DNA from: Chloroflexota bacterium
GTDB taxonomy: Bacteria; Chloroflexota; Chloroflexia; QHBQ01; JADMIH01
Reading direction: 5' to 3'
DNA length: 64,000 bases
Assembly (NCBI GenBank): GCA_027317125.1
Contig: DAHVFG010000002.1
Coordinates: forward strand, 880 to 64,879
Positions within the stretch are counted from its first letter, which is position 1. Every line of letters begins with the position of its first letter. The notes under the pieces were generated by a model. The model saw only the letters and a list, made by a program, of their open reading frames with translations. It was not told the DNA's origin and did no database searches. This document shows positions 1 through 8,017 of the stretch, piece after piece. Position numbers and translations under genes: made by a program.

Positions 1-221
1 GCAGCGGGTTTGTGCTCCTTCCCGCGTTATGTTAGAATGACGCTGCTCGCGCCATCGTTTTAGAAGGCACGTCGCGACCCTCTCTGCTGTGCAGTCGCAG
101 TGATGCAGCGGCGCGGCAATAGCAAAACGGATATTGTGATCCGACCAATCACACCTGGCGCAATCAGAAATCAGAAAAGTGAAGCACAGTATATCACAAC
201 AGGTAAAATTATTGCTTGCTG

Positions 222-416
222 GTAAATGTTCAGATTTAGGGTGGAGCAACCTTCTTGGGGTATCTGTGGAGGCGTACCCTTACGCACCCTCACCCCAAAC
301 CCCCTCTCCCATGAAGGGAGAGGGGGCTTTGTTGCTGGGGAGTATATCTCCCATGAAGGGAGAGGGGCATGGGGTGAGGGGAGGGACGCCCCTGCACCCC
401 AACTCTGAACGCTTAC
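222..416. mobile_element. MITE copy A (two-module form), nonautonomous GTAA..TTAC element
   Basis: Terminal inverted repeats gtaaatgttcaga (222-234) / tctgaacgcttac (404-416). Perfect 8-bp direct repeat GCTTGCTG at 214-221 and 417-424. Two internal palindromic modules ctcccatgaagggag. ORFs across it (179..460, 226..408) are repeat-derived. Confidence 0.85.
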
Positions 417-424
417 GCTTGCTG

Positions 425-456
425 CGCTACATAGTTATCTCGCTACATAGTTGTCT
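425..456 (+). repeat. Tandem 16-bp direct repeat (cgctacatagttatct / cgctacatagttgtct) abutting the GT4 start codon
   Basis: Two adjacent 16-mers with one mismatch at 425-440 and 441-456, followed by atagt and ATG at 462. No obvious SD. Confidence 0.8.
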
Positions 457-461
457 ATAGT

Positions 462-1634
462 ATGGCGAAGAAAGTTCGGGTTTTGCAGATCATAGATAAG
501 GTTGGGAACGCCGGTGCGGAGGTGTTGCAACGGACCTTTGCCGAGGGCCTGGACCGCACACGCTTCGACCTTTATGTTTGCGGTCTGCGCCCCCGGCCCG
601 GTTCTATAACCGTGCCCGCGCTAAAGGCTCTGGGTGTGCCTGTTATCGTTCTCAACCAGCACGCCTCCTACGACTTGCCCTCGCTACTGCGCCTAGTCAG
701 GTATATACGACGTCATAAAATTGATATTATACATACGCACCTGCAAGGTGCCGACATTATGGGGCGTATGGCTGGCTTTGCGACGCGACGGCCTGTGGTC
801 TCCACAATCCACAATGGGCTTATAGACCTCGATGAGGAGCCGCGCCACCGGCAACTCTTAGAGAGGTGGACAGCGCACCTGTGGTGCCGAAAGCTGGTAG
901 TGGTCTCGGAGCTATTGCGCGAAGAGGTGGCCCAGTGGTTCGGCTTCCCTCTGAGTCGTGTGCTAACCATCGCCAATGGTGTGGACACCGACCGCTTCTA
1001 TCGCAGGCCTGACTTTGATCGAGCCGCTGTCAAGCAGGCTCTGGTCGGTGGCGACTTCCCTCTGGTAACTAATCTTGCCCGGCTGACGCCGCAAAAAGGG
1101 CAGGAGTATCTGGTGAAAGCGGCCCGGGTCGTTACTCTATCGCGCCCTGATGTGCGCTTCGCCGTGCTGGGTGAAGGTCCTCTACTTGGTGATTTGCAGG
1201 AGCAGGCCGTTGAACTGGGAGTTGCCGACAACTTCGTTTTCGCCGGCTTTCGTGACAACGTGCCCGACATACTCGCCGCCAGCGATCTATTTGTCCTTTC
1301 ATCGCTCTGGGAGGGGATGCCGGTGGCGCTGCTCGAAGCTATGTCGGCGGGCTGTGCTACAGTGAGCACTGACGTGGGAGGAGTGGCCCAGGTGGTTCGG
1401 GATGGAGTTACAGGGTTGCTGGTGCCGCCAGCAGATGCCGAAACGCTGGCACTGAGCATTCTTCGCTGCATCAACGACCCCGGCCTTAGCAGGCGGCTTG
1501 GTGAGGCGGCACGCGCCGAGGTGGTTCGCAACTACAGCATGCGTGCCTGGGTCAGCAAGTGGGAAGATCTTTATTTGCACGAGCTTGGTATAAGGCTAGC
1601 GTCGCGGGCTGAAGATGCCTGTGGTGGCCGGTAG
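462..1634 (+). CDS. Glycosyltransferase family 4 (GT-B, GT1/GT4-type)
   Basis: 390-aa ORF. C-terminal motif SSLWEGMPVALLEAMSAGCATVSTDVGG...GLLVPP is typical of GT4 (E-x7-E). Confidence 0.85.
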   Translation: MAKKVRVLQIIDKVGNAGAEVLQRTFAEGLDRTRFDLYVCGLRPRPGSITVPALKALGVPVIVLNQHASYDLPSLLRLVRYIRRHKIDIIHTHLQGADIMGRMAGFATRRPVVSTIHNGLIDLDEEPRHRQLLERWTAHLWCRKLVVVSELLREEVAQWFGFPLSRVLTIANGVDTDRFYRRPDFDRAAVKQALVGGDFPLVTNLARLTPQKGQEYLVKAARVVTLSRPDVRFAVLGEGPLLGDLQEQAVELGVADNFVFAGFRDNVPDILAASDLFVLSSLWEGMPVALLEAMSAGCATVSTDVGGVAQVVRDGVTGLLVPPADAETLALSILRCINDPGLSRRLGEAARAEVVRNYSMRAWVSKWEDLYLHELGIRLASRAEDACGGR

Positions 1635-2868
1635 ACGGCTAATTGTGGCTTTTAGCGTTCCTGTCCTGTCTACACTACTACACTATATGCGAATATTCAA
1701 CATCCAGTCTTCAGCCTTCAGCTTTCAGCATTCGGCTTTCCCGCAGTATCATCTGCGTGCGATACACGAGGTGGCCGGTCTGCATGAGCTTGAAGATGCG
1801 TGGACTGACCTGCTGCTAGCCTCCCCCACTTCAACTGTCTTCTCGTCATTCCAGTGGTGTGACGCCTGGTGGCGGCACTTCGGCGGCGGAAAGAGGCTAA
1901 ACGTAGTCACGGTGCGCGACGGCTCCGGCGAGCTTGTAGGTGTCGCGCCGTTGATGGTGAGGCGCTTTGGCCCATTCCGTAAGCTGGAGTTCATCGGCGC
2001 TGGCCTCAGCGACTACAGTGACTTTGTAGTGCACCCACGCTGCGCGCAAGCGGCTATAGGCGTTATATTGACCTTCTTGCAAGGGCGCCACCGGGGTTGG
2101 GACCTGGGCGATCTGAGTGAAGTGCCTGCTCAATCTTCACTCCTCAGCTTCCTGCGGGCGCGCAGGATCAGCGGGTTGAACGTCACCTGCCTGCCTCAGA
2201 CCAACTGCCCGTTTATCGCGCTTCCCACCTCCTGGGAGGCATACGTTAGCGCCTTGCCCCGCAAGCGGCGTTACTATGTGTCATCATTCCCACGCAAATT
2301 CATGCGGGAGCAGGATGGCAGCCTGGAGGTAGTAGCCGAGAAGATGAAGGTCGAGGATGCTATTGCCACCTTCTATAAGCTGCACATGGCGCGTTGGGCG
2401 ACTAAAGACCAGAGCCTGAGCCATGAGCATACGGAGCAGGGCTTCCTTCCCTTTCTGGAGGAGGTATGTATGCGCTTTGCCGTAGCTGAAGAGAATCCCG
2501 CCCACGAGGGAAATCCTTCTCGTGGTTGGCTGCGGCTGGTTAGCCTGCGCGCCGGAAGTCAGGTTGTGGCTTCATCGGTTAATTTCCTGATGAATGGTAG
2601 ATGGAACAGTTATATGAAGGGCTTTGATCCGCAGTGGGCGGCCAGCAGGCCCGGCACTGTGCTTGACGCTCTGCGTATCGAACAGGCGATCAAGGAAGGA
2701 GCACGTCTGCTTGACTTTGGGCGCGGCGACGAAGCCTACAAGTCGGGCTTCGGAGCCACCAACAGCCAAAACAGACGTGTGCTTATGGCTACGGGCGCAC
2801 CTCGCTCGCGAGCAGCTTTCGCGCTGATGATGCTCCGCAACCGTTACCGCCGCTCGGCGCAATCATGA
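1615..2868 (+). CDS. GNAT-fold acetyltransferase, CelD/BcsL-like (cellulose-biosynthesis-associated family)
   Basis: 417-aa ORF overlapping the GT4 stop. LDFGRGDEAYKSGFGA and the overall layout resemble the CelD-like Acetyltransf_6 family. The start is uncertain; the alternative ATG at 1687 is possible. Confidence 0.6.
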   Translation: MPVVAGRRLIVAFSVPVLSTLLHYMRIFNIQSSAFSFQHSAFPQYHLRAIHEVAGLHELEDAWTDLLLASPTSTVFSSFQWCDAWWRHFGGGKRLNVVTVRDGSGELVGVAPLMVRRFGPFRKLEFIGAGLSDYSDFVVHPRCAQAAIGVILTFLQGRHRGWDLGDLSEVPAQSSLLSFLRARRISGLNVTCLPQTNCPFIALPTSWEAYVSALPRKRRYYVSSFPRKFMREQDGSLEVVAEKMKVEDAIATFYKLHMARWATKDQSLSHEHTEQGFLPFLEEVCMRFAVAEENPAHEGNPSRGWLRLVSLRAGSQVVASSVNFLMNGRWNSYMKGFDPQWAASRPGTVLDALRIEQAIKEGARLLDFGRGDEAYKSGFGATNSQNRRVLMATGAPRSRAAFALMMLRNRYRRSAQS

Positions 2869-3000
2869 GTTCTTTACAGCTCTAACTCACCTTATGCACG
2901 ACGGATCACCGAATAGCTACTGCTCCGTAAACCCTTTGGAAGCTTCGTCTCATCTTTGCGCTTTTGCGTTGCCTTTCGTCCTGTAATGGAACGGTTCGTG

Positions 3001-3036
3001 CTTATTCTCCATCAGCATTGGTTGATGGAGAATAAG
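3001..3036 (+). promoter_or_regulatory. Perfect 14-bp hairpin occluding the SD of the M4 protease gene
   Basis: cttattctccatca (3001-3014) and tgatggagaataag (3023-3036) are exact reverse complements with an 8-nt loop. The right arm contains GGAG and ends 1 nt before ATG 3037. Confidence 0.7.
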
Positions 3037-5697
3037 ATGCACAGTTGGATTTCTAGCAGACGCTATCTCACCGCCATGCAGATGGCGCTCTCAATGCTCG
3101 CAGCTGCGGCCCTCGTTAGCTCCTCCGGCAGCCTGGCCGCGCAGCAGGCGCTTTGGGCCTCAAGCGCCCGGCTTGTCAACGCTCTGGATACAAGCGTAAC
3201 TCTGGCTGCCTACACGGACACTCCCGGCCAGGCGCAATCGCCGGCGGTTGCATTCGACGCGCTCAATAGCCGTGCGGGGGGCACTCTCCAGGTCTACTGG
3301 GATCAGCAGACAGCTATTCCGCGTTTCCTCGCTGGCAATAGCAGCTCTGCTAGAATACCCTATGCACCAACCGCAGCCGAGCGGGGCAACCCTCTTGCCG
3401 TCGCGCGCGGCTTCCTCGATGAGAACCGTGCTCTTTTTCGCCTCGATGCTGTCGCAAACGACTTCGGCCCGGCGCGTATGGAGCCGGACGCGCAGCTACG
3501 CTTCTCCAATATTCGCCTGCCGCAAATCTACAACGGCATACCTGTTTACGGAAAAGAGATGGTCGTCAATCTCGATGAGCAGGGGCGGATAGTAGCGGTT
3601 GCCGGTCAATACGCGCCTGGCCTGAAGATTCCAAGCCAGCCGACAATTACCCGCGATCAGGCTGACCAAGTTGCTCTACAGGACCTGAAGGAGAGCTTGC
3701 TTGGCCCTGCGGAAAGCTCTACAGTTCAAGTAAACGTGCTCAGCGACAAGACGGCCCTATCGGTCTACGTGGATGAAAATGGCAAGGCGACGCTATCGTG
3801 GAATGTCAAAGTGCTCACCACCTCCCCTCTGGGTGAGTGGACTATCTTTGTCAACGCCCGCCGCCCTGTAGTTGTGCATGCCATAGATACCATCGACAAT
3901 CTGAAGAACCGCGAGACTTATAGCGCCGGCAATAGCACCGATATCCCAGGTCGGCTGCTGGTGCAGGAGGGAGAGCGCACGTCAGACCCTGTTGGGCAGG
4001 CGGCCCAGGACGATGCCGGTAAAGTCTACGATTATTACTTCAACACTTTCAAGCGCGATGCCATTGACGGGCAGGGTGGCACCCTGGTCTCTACTGTACA
4101 TTATGGCGCTAATTCCGAGGACGCTGAGAACGCCGCCTGGATAAGCGAAGCGCAGCAAATGGTGTACGGAGATGGGGGCACCATCTTCAAACCTCTCGCG
4201 TATGCCCTTGACGTAGCAGGGCACGAGTTTACACACGGCATCACAGATAACACCGCGCAACTCATCTACGAAGGGCAGTCGGGGGCGCTCAACGAGTCGT
4301 ACTCCGACGTCTTCGGCGCGATGATTGACCGCGCCAACTGGACGATTGGCGAAACAATCGTGAAATCGCCCCCTTACCCCGTCCCCTATCTGCGGAGCCT
4401 TCAGGACCCTGAGATCGGCGGTAATTACGACCCCTCGAACCCACTCACAGGCGTGGGCCAACCGGGAACCATGAGCAACTATGCTAACTTGCCTCTCAGC
4501 CGTAAGGCCGACAACGGCGGCGTGCATATCAACAGCGGCATCCCCAACCATGCTGCTTACTTCATCGCGCAGGCCATCGGCAAAGAGAAGATGGAGCAAA
4601 TATACTATCGTGCGCTCACACAGTATCTGACGCCCAATGCTAACTTCACGGACGCAGGGCGCGCCACCGTTCAGGCGGCGACCGACCTGTATGGCACAAC
4701 AGAGGTCAACGCTGTGCAAGCAGCTTTCAGGCAGGTGGGCATAGATGTCACCGGCTCGCAGACCGCCCCGGCGCCACCCGTGCAGCCCGGTAACTCAGGC
4801 GCGCCCACTCCTGGCCCCTCTCTACCTGTTCCCTCTGAGACCCTCCCGGCGGGCTGCCGTGAGCTGATCGCCAATGGCGGCTTTGAGGGCACCAACAGCT
4901 GGAATGAGGTAACCTCCAGCCAGACAGAGTTGATTGACCCACAACTGCCCCACACAGGCACGCAAAGTGCCTGGCTCGGGGGCACCGATAAGGAATCTGT
5001 GCAGTATATTTACCAGGACGTAGCCGTGCCCGCCAACGCTACCTCGGTCAGGCTGAGCTATTATCGCCTTGTTCACCAGGAGTTCTCAGGGCTTAGCGGC
5101 TTCTTCGCGAGCGACGCCACCTTTACCTCCCTCCTTGCTGATGTTAATGGCAACCAGATCGGGACTATTGAGAGCGTGTCGTCAAAGAACGGCGACGACA
5201 AGTGGCGGCAAGTGCAGTTCGAGCTTACTCGCTACGCAGGCCAGAACGTGCGCATCGTCTTCACGGCTGCTAACCCACGCGGCAACGTCAGTAGCTTTTT
5301 TGTTGACGATGTAACAATGCCTGCTTGCACCACAGGCCAGGCCCCCTCCGCCCCACCTACCTCCTCGCAGAACCAGGTCTATATCAACGGATATATCACA
5401 AGCGCCGACACAGGGCGTGGCATAGCGGGCGCCCAGATATTCATCCTCAACTCCGGTGTTACCGCCTCCGCCGCCGCACAGGATGGGCAGGTCACTGACG
5501 ATGAAGTGCTCACCTACGGCACCACCGATAGCAGAGGATACTACCAGACCGGAGACCCCGTGGCGCGAGGCAGCTCTTATAGCGTGATCATCCTAGCCAA
5601 CGGCTACCGGCCCGTGCTCGCTGACGCCGGCATATCCCTCTCCTCCGGCGCAACCAACCCCACAGAGATTGACGCCACAATGCGGGCAGGACGCTAA
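3037..5697 (+). CDS. Secreted M4 (thermolysin-like) zinc metalloprotease with C-terminal jelly-roll-like and carboxypeptidase-regulatory-like domains
   Basis: HEFTHG (HExxH), GALNESYSDVFG and GGVHINSGIPNHAAY motifs. N-terminal signal-like MALSMLAAAALVSSSGSLAAQQ. Pro-rich linker. C-terminal YINGYITSADTGRGIAGAQIFIL. Start at 3037 chosen for GGAG 7 nt upstream; the ORF is open from 2956. Confidence 0.9.
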   Translation: MHSWISSRRYLTAMQMALSMLAAAALVSSSGSLAAQQALWASSARLVNALDTSVTLAAYTDTPGQAQSPAVAFDALNSRAGGTLQVYWDQQTAIPRFLAGNSSSARIPYAPTAAERGNPLAVARGFLDENRALFRLDAVANDFGPARMEPDAQLRFSNIRLPQIYNGIPVYGKEMVVNLDEQGRIVAVAGQYAPGLKIPSQPTITRDQADQVALQDLKESLLGPAESSTVQVNVLSDKTALSVYVDENGKATLSWNVKVLTTSPLGEWTIFVNARRPVVVHAIDTIDNLKNRETYSAGNSTDIPGRLLVQEGERTSDPVGQAAQDDAGKVYDYYFNTFKRDAIDGQGGTLVSTVHYGANSEDAENAAWISEAQQMVYGDGGTIFKPLAYALDVAGHEFTHGITDNTAQLIYEGQSGALNESYSDVFGAMIDRANWTIGETIVKSPPYPVPYLRSLQDPEIGGNYDPSNPLTGVGQPGTMSNYANLPLSRKADNGGVHINSGIPNHAAYFIAQAIGKEKMEQIYYRALTQYLTPNANFTDAGRATVQAATDLYGTTEVNAVQAAFRQVGIDVTGSQTAPAPPVQPGNSGAPTPGPSLPVPSETLPAGCRELIANGGFEGTNSWNEVTSSQTELIDPQLPHTGTQSAWLGGTDKESVQYIYQDVAVPANATSVRLSYYRLVHQEFSGLSGFFASDATFTSLLADVNGNQIGTIESVSSKNGDDKWRQVQFELTRYAGQNVRIVFTAANPRGNVSSFFVDDVTMPACTTGQAPSAPPTSSQNQVYINGYITSADTGRGIAGAQIFILNSGVTASAAAQDGQVTDDEVLTYGTTDSRGYYQTGDPVARGSSYSVIILANGYRPVLADAGISLSSGATNPTEIDATMRAGR

Positions 5698-5703
5698 GAC
5701 GCT

Positions 5704-6666
5704 ATGCAAGACACCGCGGCCCAAAACGAATCCCCACAAGCGCAACACGTCTGTTGCATCTGCGGGCAACCTCTTTCCCCGCCTTACAACGTGATTAACC
5801 AACGTATTTACTGCGACCGCCATTTCGCCGTTGTGAACAGACAGCATCATGGCTTTTGGCGTTCAGCTCTCGCGCAAATAGCAGCAATGGGGCTATTTAG
5901 CGTGGTGGTAAGCCTGCTGGCAAGCTATGTTGGCCCTATTGACGATCCCTGGCGCGTCCCCGTAAGCGTAGCCCTCGTCCTTGTGCCGTCAGCGCTATGG
6001 CTCTACTACTTCTATTTGCAGGACCGTGACCGGCCCGAGCCGAAGACGCGCATCCTCGAAGTTTTCTTGCTTGCGATGCTTTTGACCGAAGCTGTCGGCT
6101 TTCCTCTGTTGCAGTGGTTCCGGCTGGATGACTGGGCATCGACTTTGAGCAGCATGTCGCTGCTGGCCTCTGTTCTGATCGCGGGTTTCCTCTGGCAGGG
6201 GATAACATATACTGCCGTGCGCGCCGTCGTGTATGCTACGACCGAGTTCGATGAGCGTATGGACGGCATTGTATACGGCACGATGGCCGGGCTAGGGGTG
6301 GGCACACTTCTCAACTTGCACTACGTGCTTGACAACGGTGGGGTGGCACTCGGCCCAGGCGTTGTGCAGATCGTTACAACAGCCCTCGCCCAGGCGTCAT
6401 TCGGCGGCGTAACCGGCTACTTTATGGCGCAGGCCAAGTTCGAGCACAGGCCCGTGTGGTGGGTACCCGCAGGGGTGGTTATCGCCGCGATAATGAACGG
6501 CCTCTTCCGGTGGTCGGTTAGCGAGGTGAGTGCGGACGGCCTCGCCGTTGACCCCTGGCGATCTCTTGTCCTCGGATTGGTGGCGTCGCTCGTGGCCTTC
6601 CTTGTGCTTCTTGGTCTCATGCACCAGGCCATGCGTGGCTCGCATACCGCTACGCTGGATCAATGA
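5704..6666 (+). CDS. PrsW-family-like polytopic membrane protein with N-terminal zinc ribbon (divergent)
   Basis: N-terminal CCICG..CDRHF. Multiple TM segments. DERMDGIVYGTMAGLGVG resembles the PrsW xDGxxYGxxxGxGF core. The other catalytic motifs are not clearly conserved. Confidence 0.5.
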   Translation: MQDTAAQNESPQAQHVCCICGQPLSPPYNVINQRIYCDRHFAVVNRQHHGFWRSALAQIAAMGLFSVVVSLLASYVGPIDDPWRVPVSVALVLVPSALWLYYFYLQDRDRPEPKTRILEVFLLAMLLTEAVGFPLLQWFRLDDWASTLSSMSLLASVLIAGFLWQGITYTAVRAVVYATTEFDERMDGIVYGTMAGLGVGTLLNLHYVLDNGGVALGPGVVQIVTTALAQASFGGVTGYFMAQAKFEHRPVWWVPAGVVIAAIMNGLFRWSVSEVSADGLAVDPWRSLVLGLVASLVAFLVLLGLMHQAMRGSHTATLDQ

Positions 6667-6761
6667 TTATGAATTACAAGACGTTCGCTATTATCTTGCC
6701 TGCCAGCTTACCGCTTACTTGTAATTCGCAGCTCGTAATTCCTCCACAAGCGAGATAGCTT

Positions 6762-7367
6762 ATGAGCCGAACGATAGATAATGTGACTGTGTGGCCTCTG
6801 CGCACTTTGCCCAAAGACATAGGAGTAGCTGCGGTTGTCTTGCTTGCCTTCCTGCTCGGCTTGCTTCTTCGCTTCTCGGTAGAAGGAAGCGCCAGGGGCT
6901 ACCAGGCAAGCGATCAGAGCTTCAGCATGTCCTATCCGGCCACCTGGCGCAGCGAGAGCATTACCAGTAGCGTACTGCTCAGGGTGGAGAACCCTCAGAC
7001 CGCATCGGCTTACAAGACCAATGTGACAGTTGAGGCCCGTGAGCTGGACCCTTCCAGCCCGCCAACTCTTCAGTCCCTTGTTGACAGGCGCGTAGTGCAG
7101 CATGGCACCCTCACAGCCTTTGATTTCCTCTCCAGCAGCGAGCGCACAGTTGACGGAGCAAAGGCTGCGGAGATCGACTACGCATTCGTCTCCCAGCCCA
7201 TTGGCACGTTGCGGACCATCTCACTGCCGGTAATCGTACAAAGTCGCGAATATATAGTGGTCACCAAAAACAAGGTATACTACATAGCGCTGGCAGCGCC
7301 GCAAAGCGACTTTGACAACGCCAGTGGGCAATTCGACCGGATGCTTCAGACGGTGAAAATACAATGA
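6762..7367 (+). CDS. Hypothetical membrane-anchored protein
   Basis: 201-aa ORF with one N-terminal TM (IGVAAVVLLAFLLGLLL) and an extracytoplasmic beta-rich domain. Its stop overlaps the next start (ATGA). Confidence 0.55.
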   Translation: MSRTIDNVTVWPLRTLPKDIGVAAVVLLAFLLGLLLRFSVEGSARGYQASDQSFSMSYPATWRSESITSSVLLRVENPQTASAYKTNVTVEARELDPSSPPTLQSLVDRRVVQHGTLTAFDFLSSSERTVDGAKAAEIDYAFVSQPIGTLRTISLPVIVQSREYIVVTKNKVYYIALAAPQSDFDNASGQFDRMLQTVKIQ

Positions 7368-7891
7368 AAAAGAAGCCCAGCAAAGATAAGCAGTTACAAG
7401 GACCACAGCCTCAGCACGTGCTCGGTAAGGTCCCCGGCGGCGACTTCGCCAGAGAGTTGGAGCCGACGCCACAAAGCACCGGTGAGGCGCAACCCAGCCC
7501 GCCACCCGCCGATGACAAGCTAGAGCTACCCGAGAACGCCCTGGTTGCCATGCGCAAGAGTGGAGGTCTTCGCTTCACGTCGGTAGAAGTGATAGTCCAC
7601 GTTGATGGCACGGTTACAGTGGAAGGCAGCGCGACACCTGGTATGACTATAGCCTCTCCTGCTCGGAAGCTGCGCGATGAGGAGCTTGCCGCGCTCTACA
7701 GGGCGCTCGATGAAGCCAACTTACAAGAGCTGCCCGCGCGGTCGGGGGTGCAAAACCCTGACGCTTACGTTTATGAGATCGTGGCACGTACAGCTTCAGG
7801 CACTTATGCCGCCGAACTATCCGATGGCAGCATACCTGCGCCGCTGGTCCCGTTGATCCGGCTGCTCGCGCAGTATACGGCCCGCCAATGA
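7364..7891 (+). CDS. Hypothetical protein, candidate emfourin-like (M4 protease inhibitor family) domain
   Basis: The C-terminal ~110 aa (RKSGGLRF...DEELAALYRALDEANLQELP...NPDAYVYEIV...IPAPLVPLIRLL) matches my recollection of the emfourin pattern. ATGA coupling to the upstream gene. An M4 protease lies 3 genes upstream. Confidence 0.4.
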   Translation: MKKKPSKDKQLQGPQPQHVLGKVPGGDFARELEPTPQSTGEAQPSPPPADDKLELPENALVAMRKSGGLRFTSVEVIVHVDGTVTVEGSATPGMTIASPARKLRDEELAALYRALDEANLQELPARSGVQNPDAYVYEIVARTASGTYAAELSDGSIPAPLVPLIRLLAQYTARQ

Positions 7892-8017
7892 GCAACAAAA
7901 CGTTGTTTCACAATTCAAGACCAATCACCCCTAACCCTCCCTATATGGCGGCATAAAATGGCTTGTCCCACGCCTGGCGCTACGTGGTACCTGGGAGTGG
8001 AAGGCATCTATTTCTAG

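Noticed and set aside
179-460. ORFs running through the MITE copies (179..460, 226..408, 10201..10509, 10238..10486, 33575..33790, 39451..39711, 39521..39733, 39530..39772, 53525..53725) that encode recurring SPMKGEG / PLSHEGRG peptides.
   Set aside because: The similarity comes from the palindromic DNA repeat read in both orientations and several frames. The ORFs have no RBS, span element boundaries and TSDs, and differ in frame between copies. They are treated as non-coding.
998-1531. Long antisense or off-frame ORFs inside confident genes (for example 998..1531 -, 3982..4719 -, 14200..14607 +, 15610..16122 -, 19311..20066 -, 29529..30137 -, 36927..37427 -, 56274..56873 +, 59291..59857 -).
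   Set aside because: These are typical shadow ORFs of a high-GC genome. Their compositions are Arg/Ser/Ala/Cys-rich, they contain no motifs, and each fully overlaps a gene with clear family signatures.
2956-3036. Upstream in-frame extension of the M4 protease ORF (starts at 2956 or 2986).
   Set aside because: It has no SD, and the extension precedes a well-formed signal peptide that begins near ATG 3037, which does have a GGAG. It is kept as an alternative in the hairpin finding rather than as the called start.
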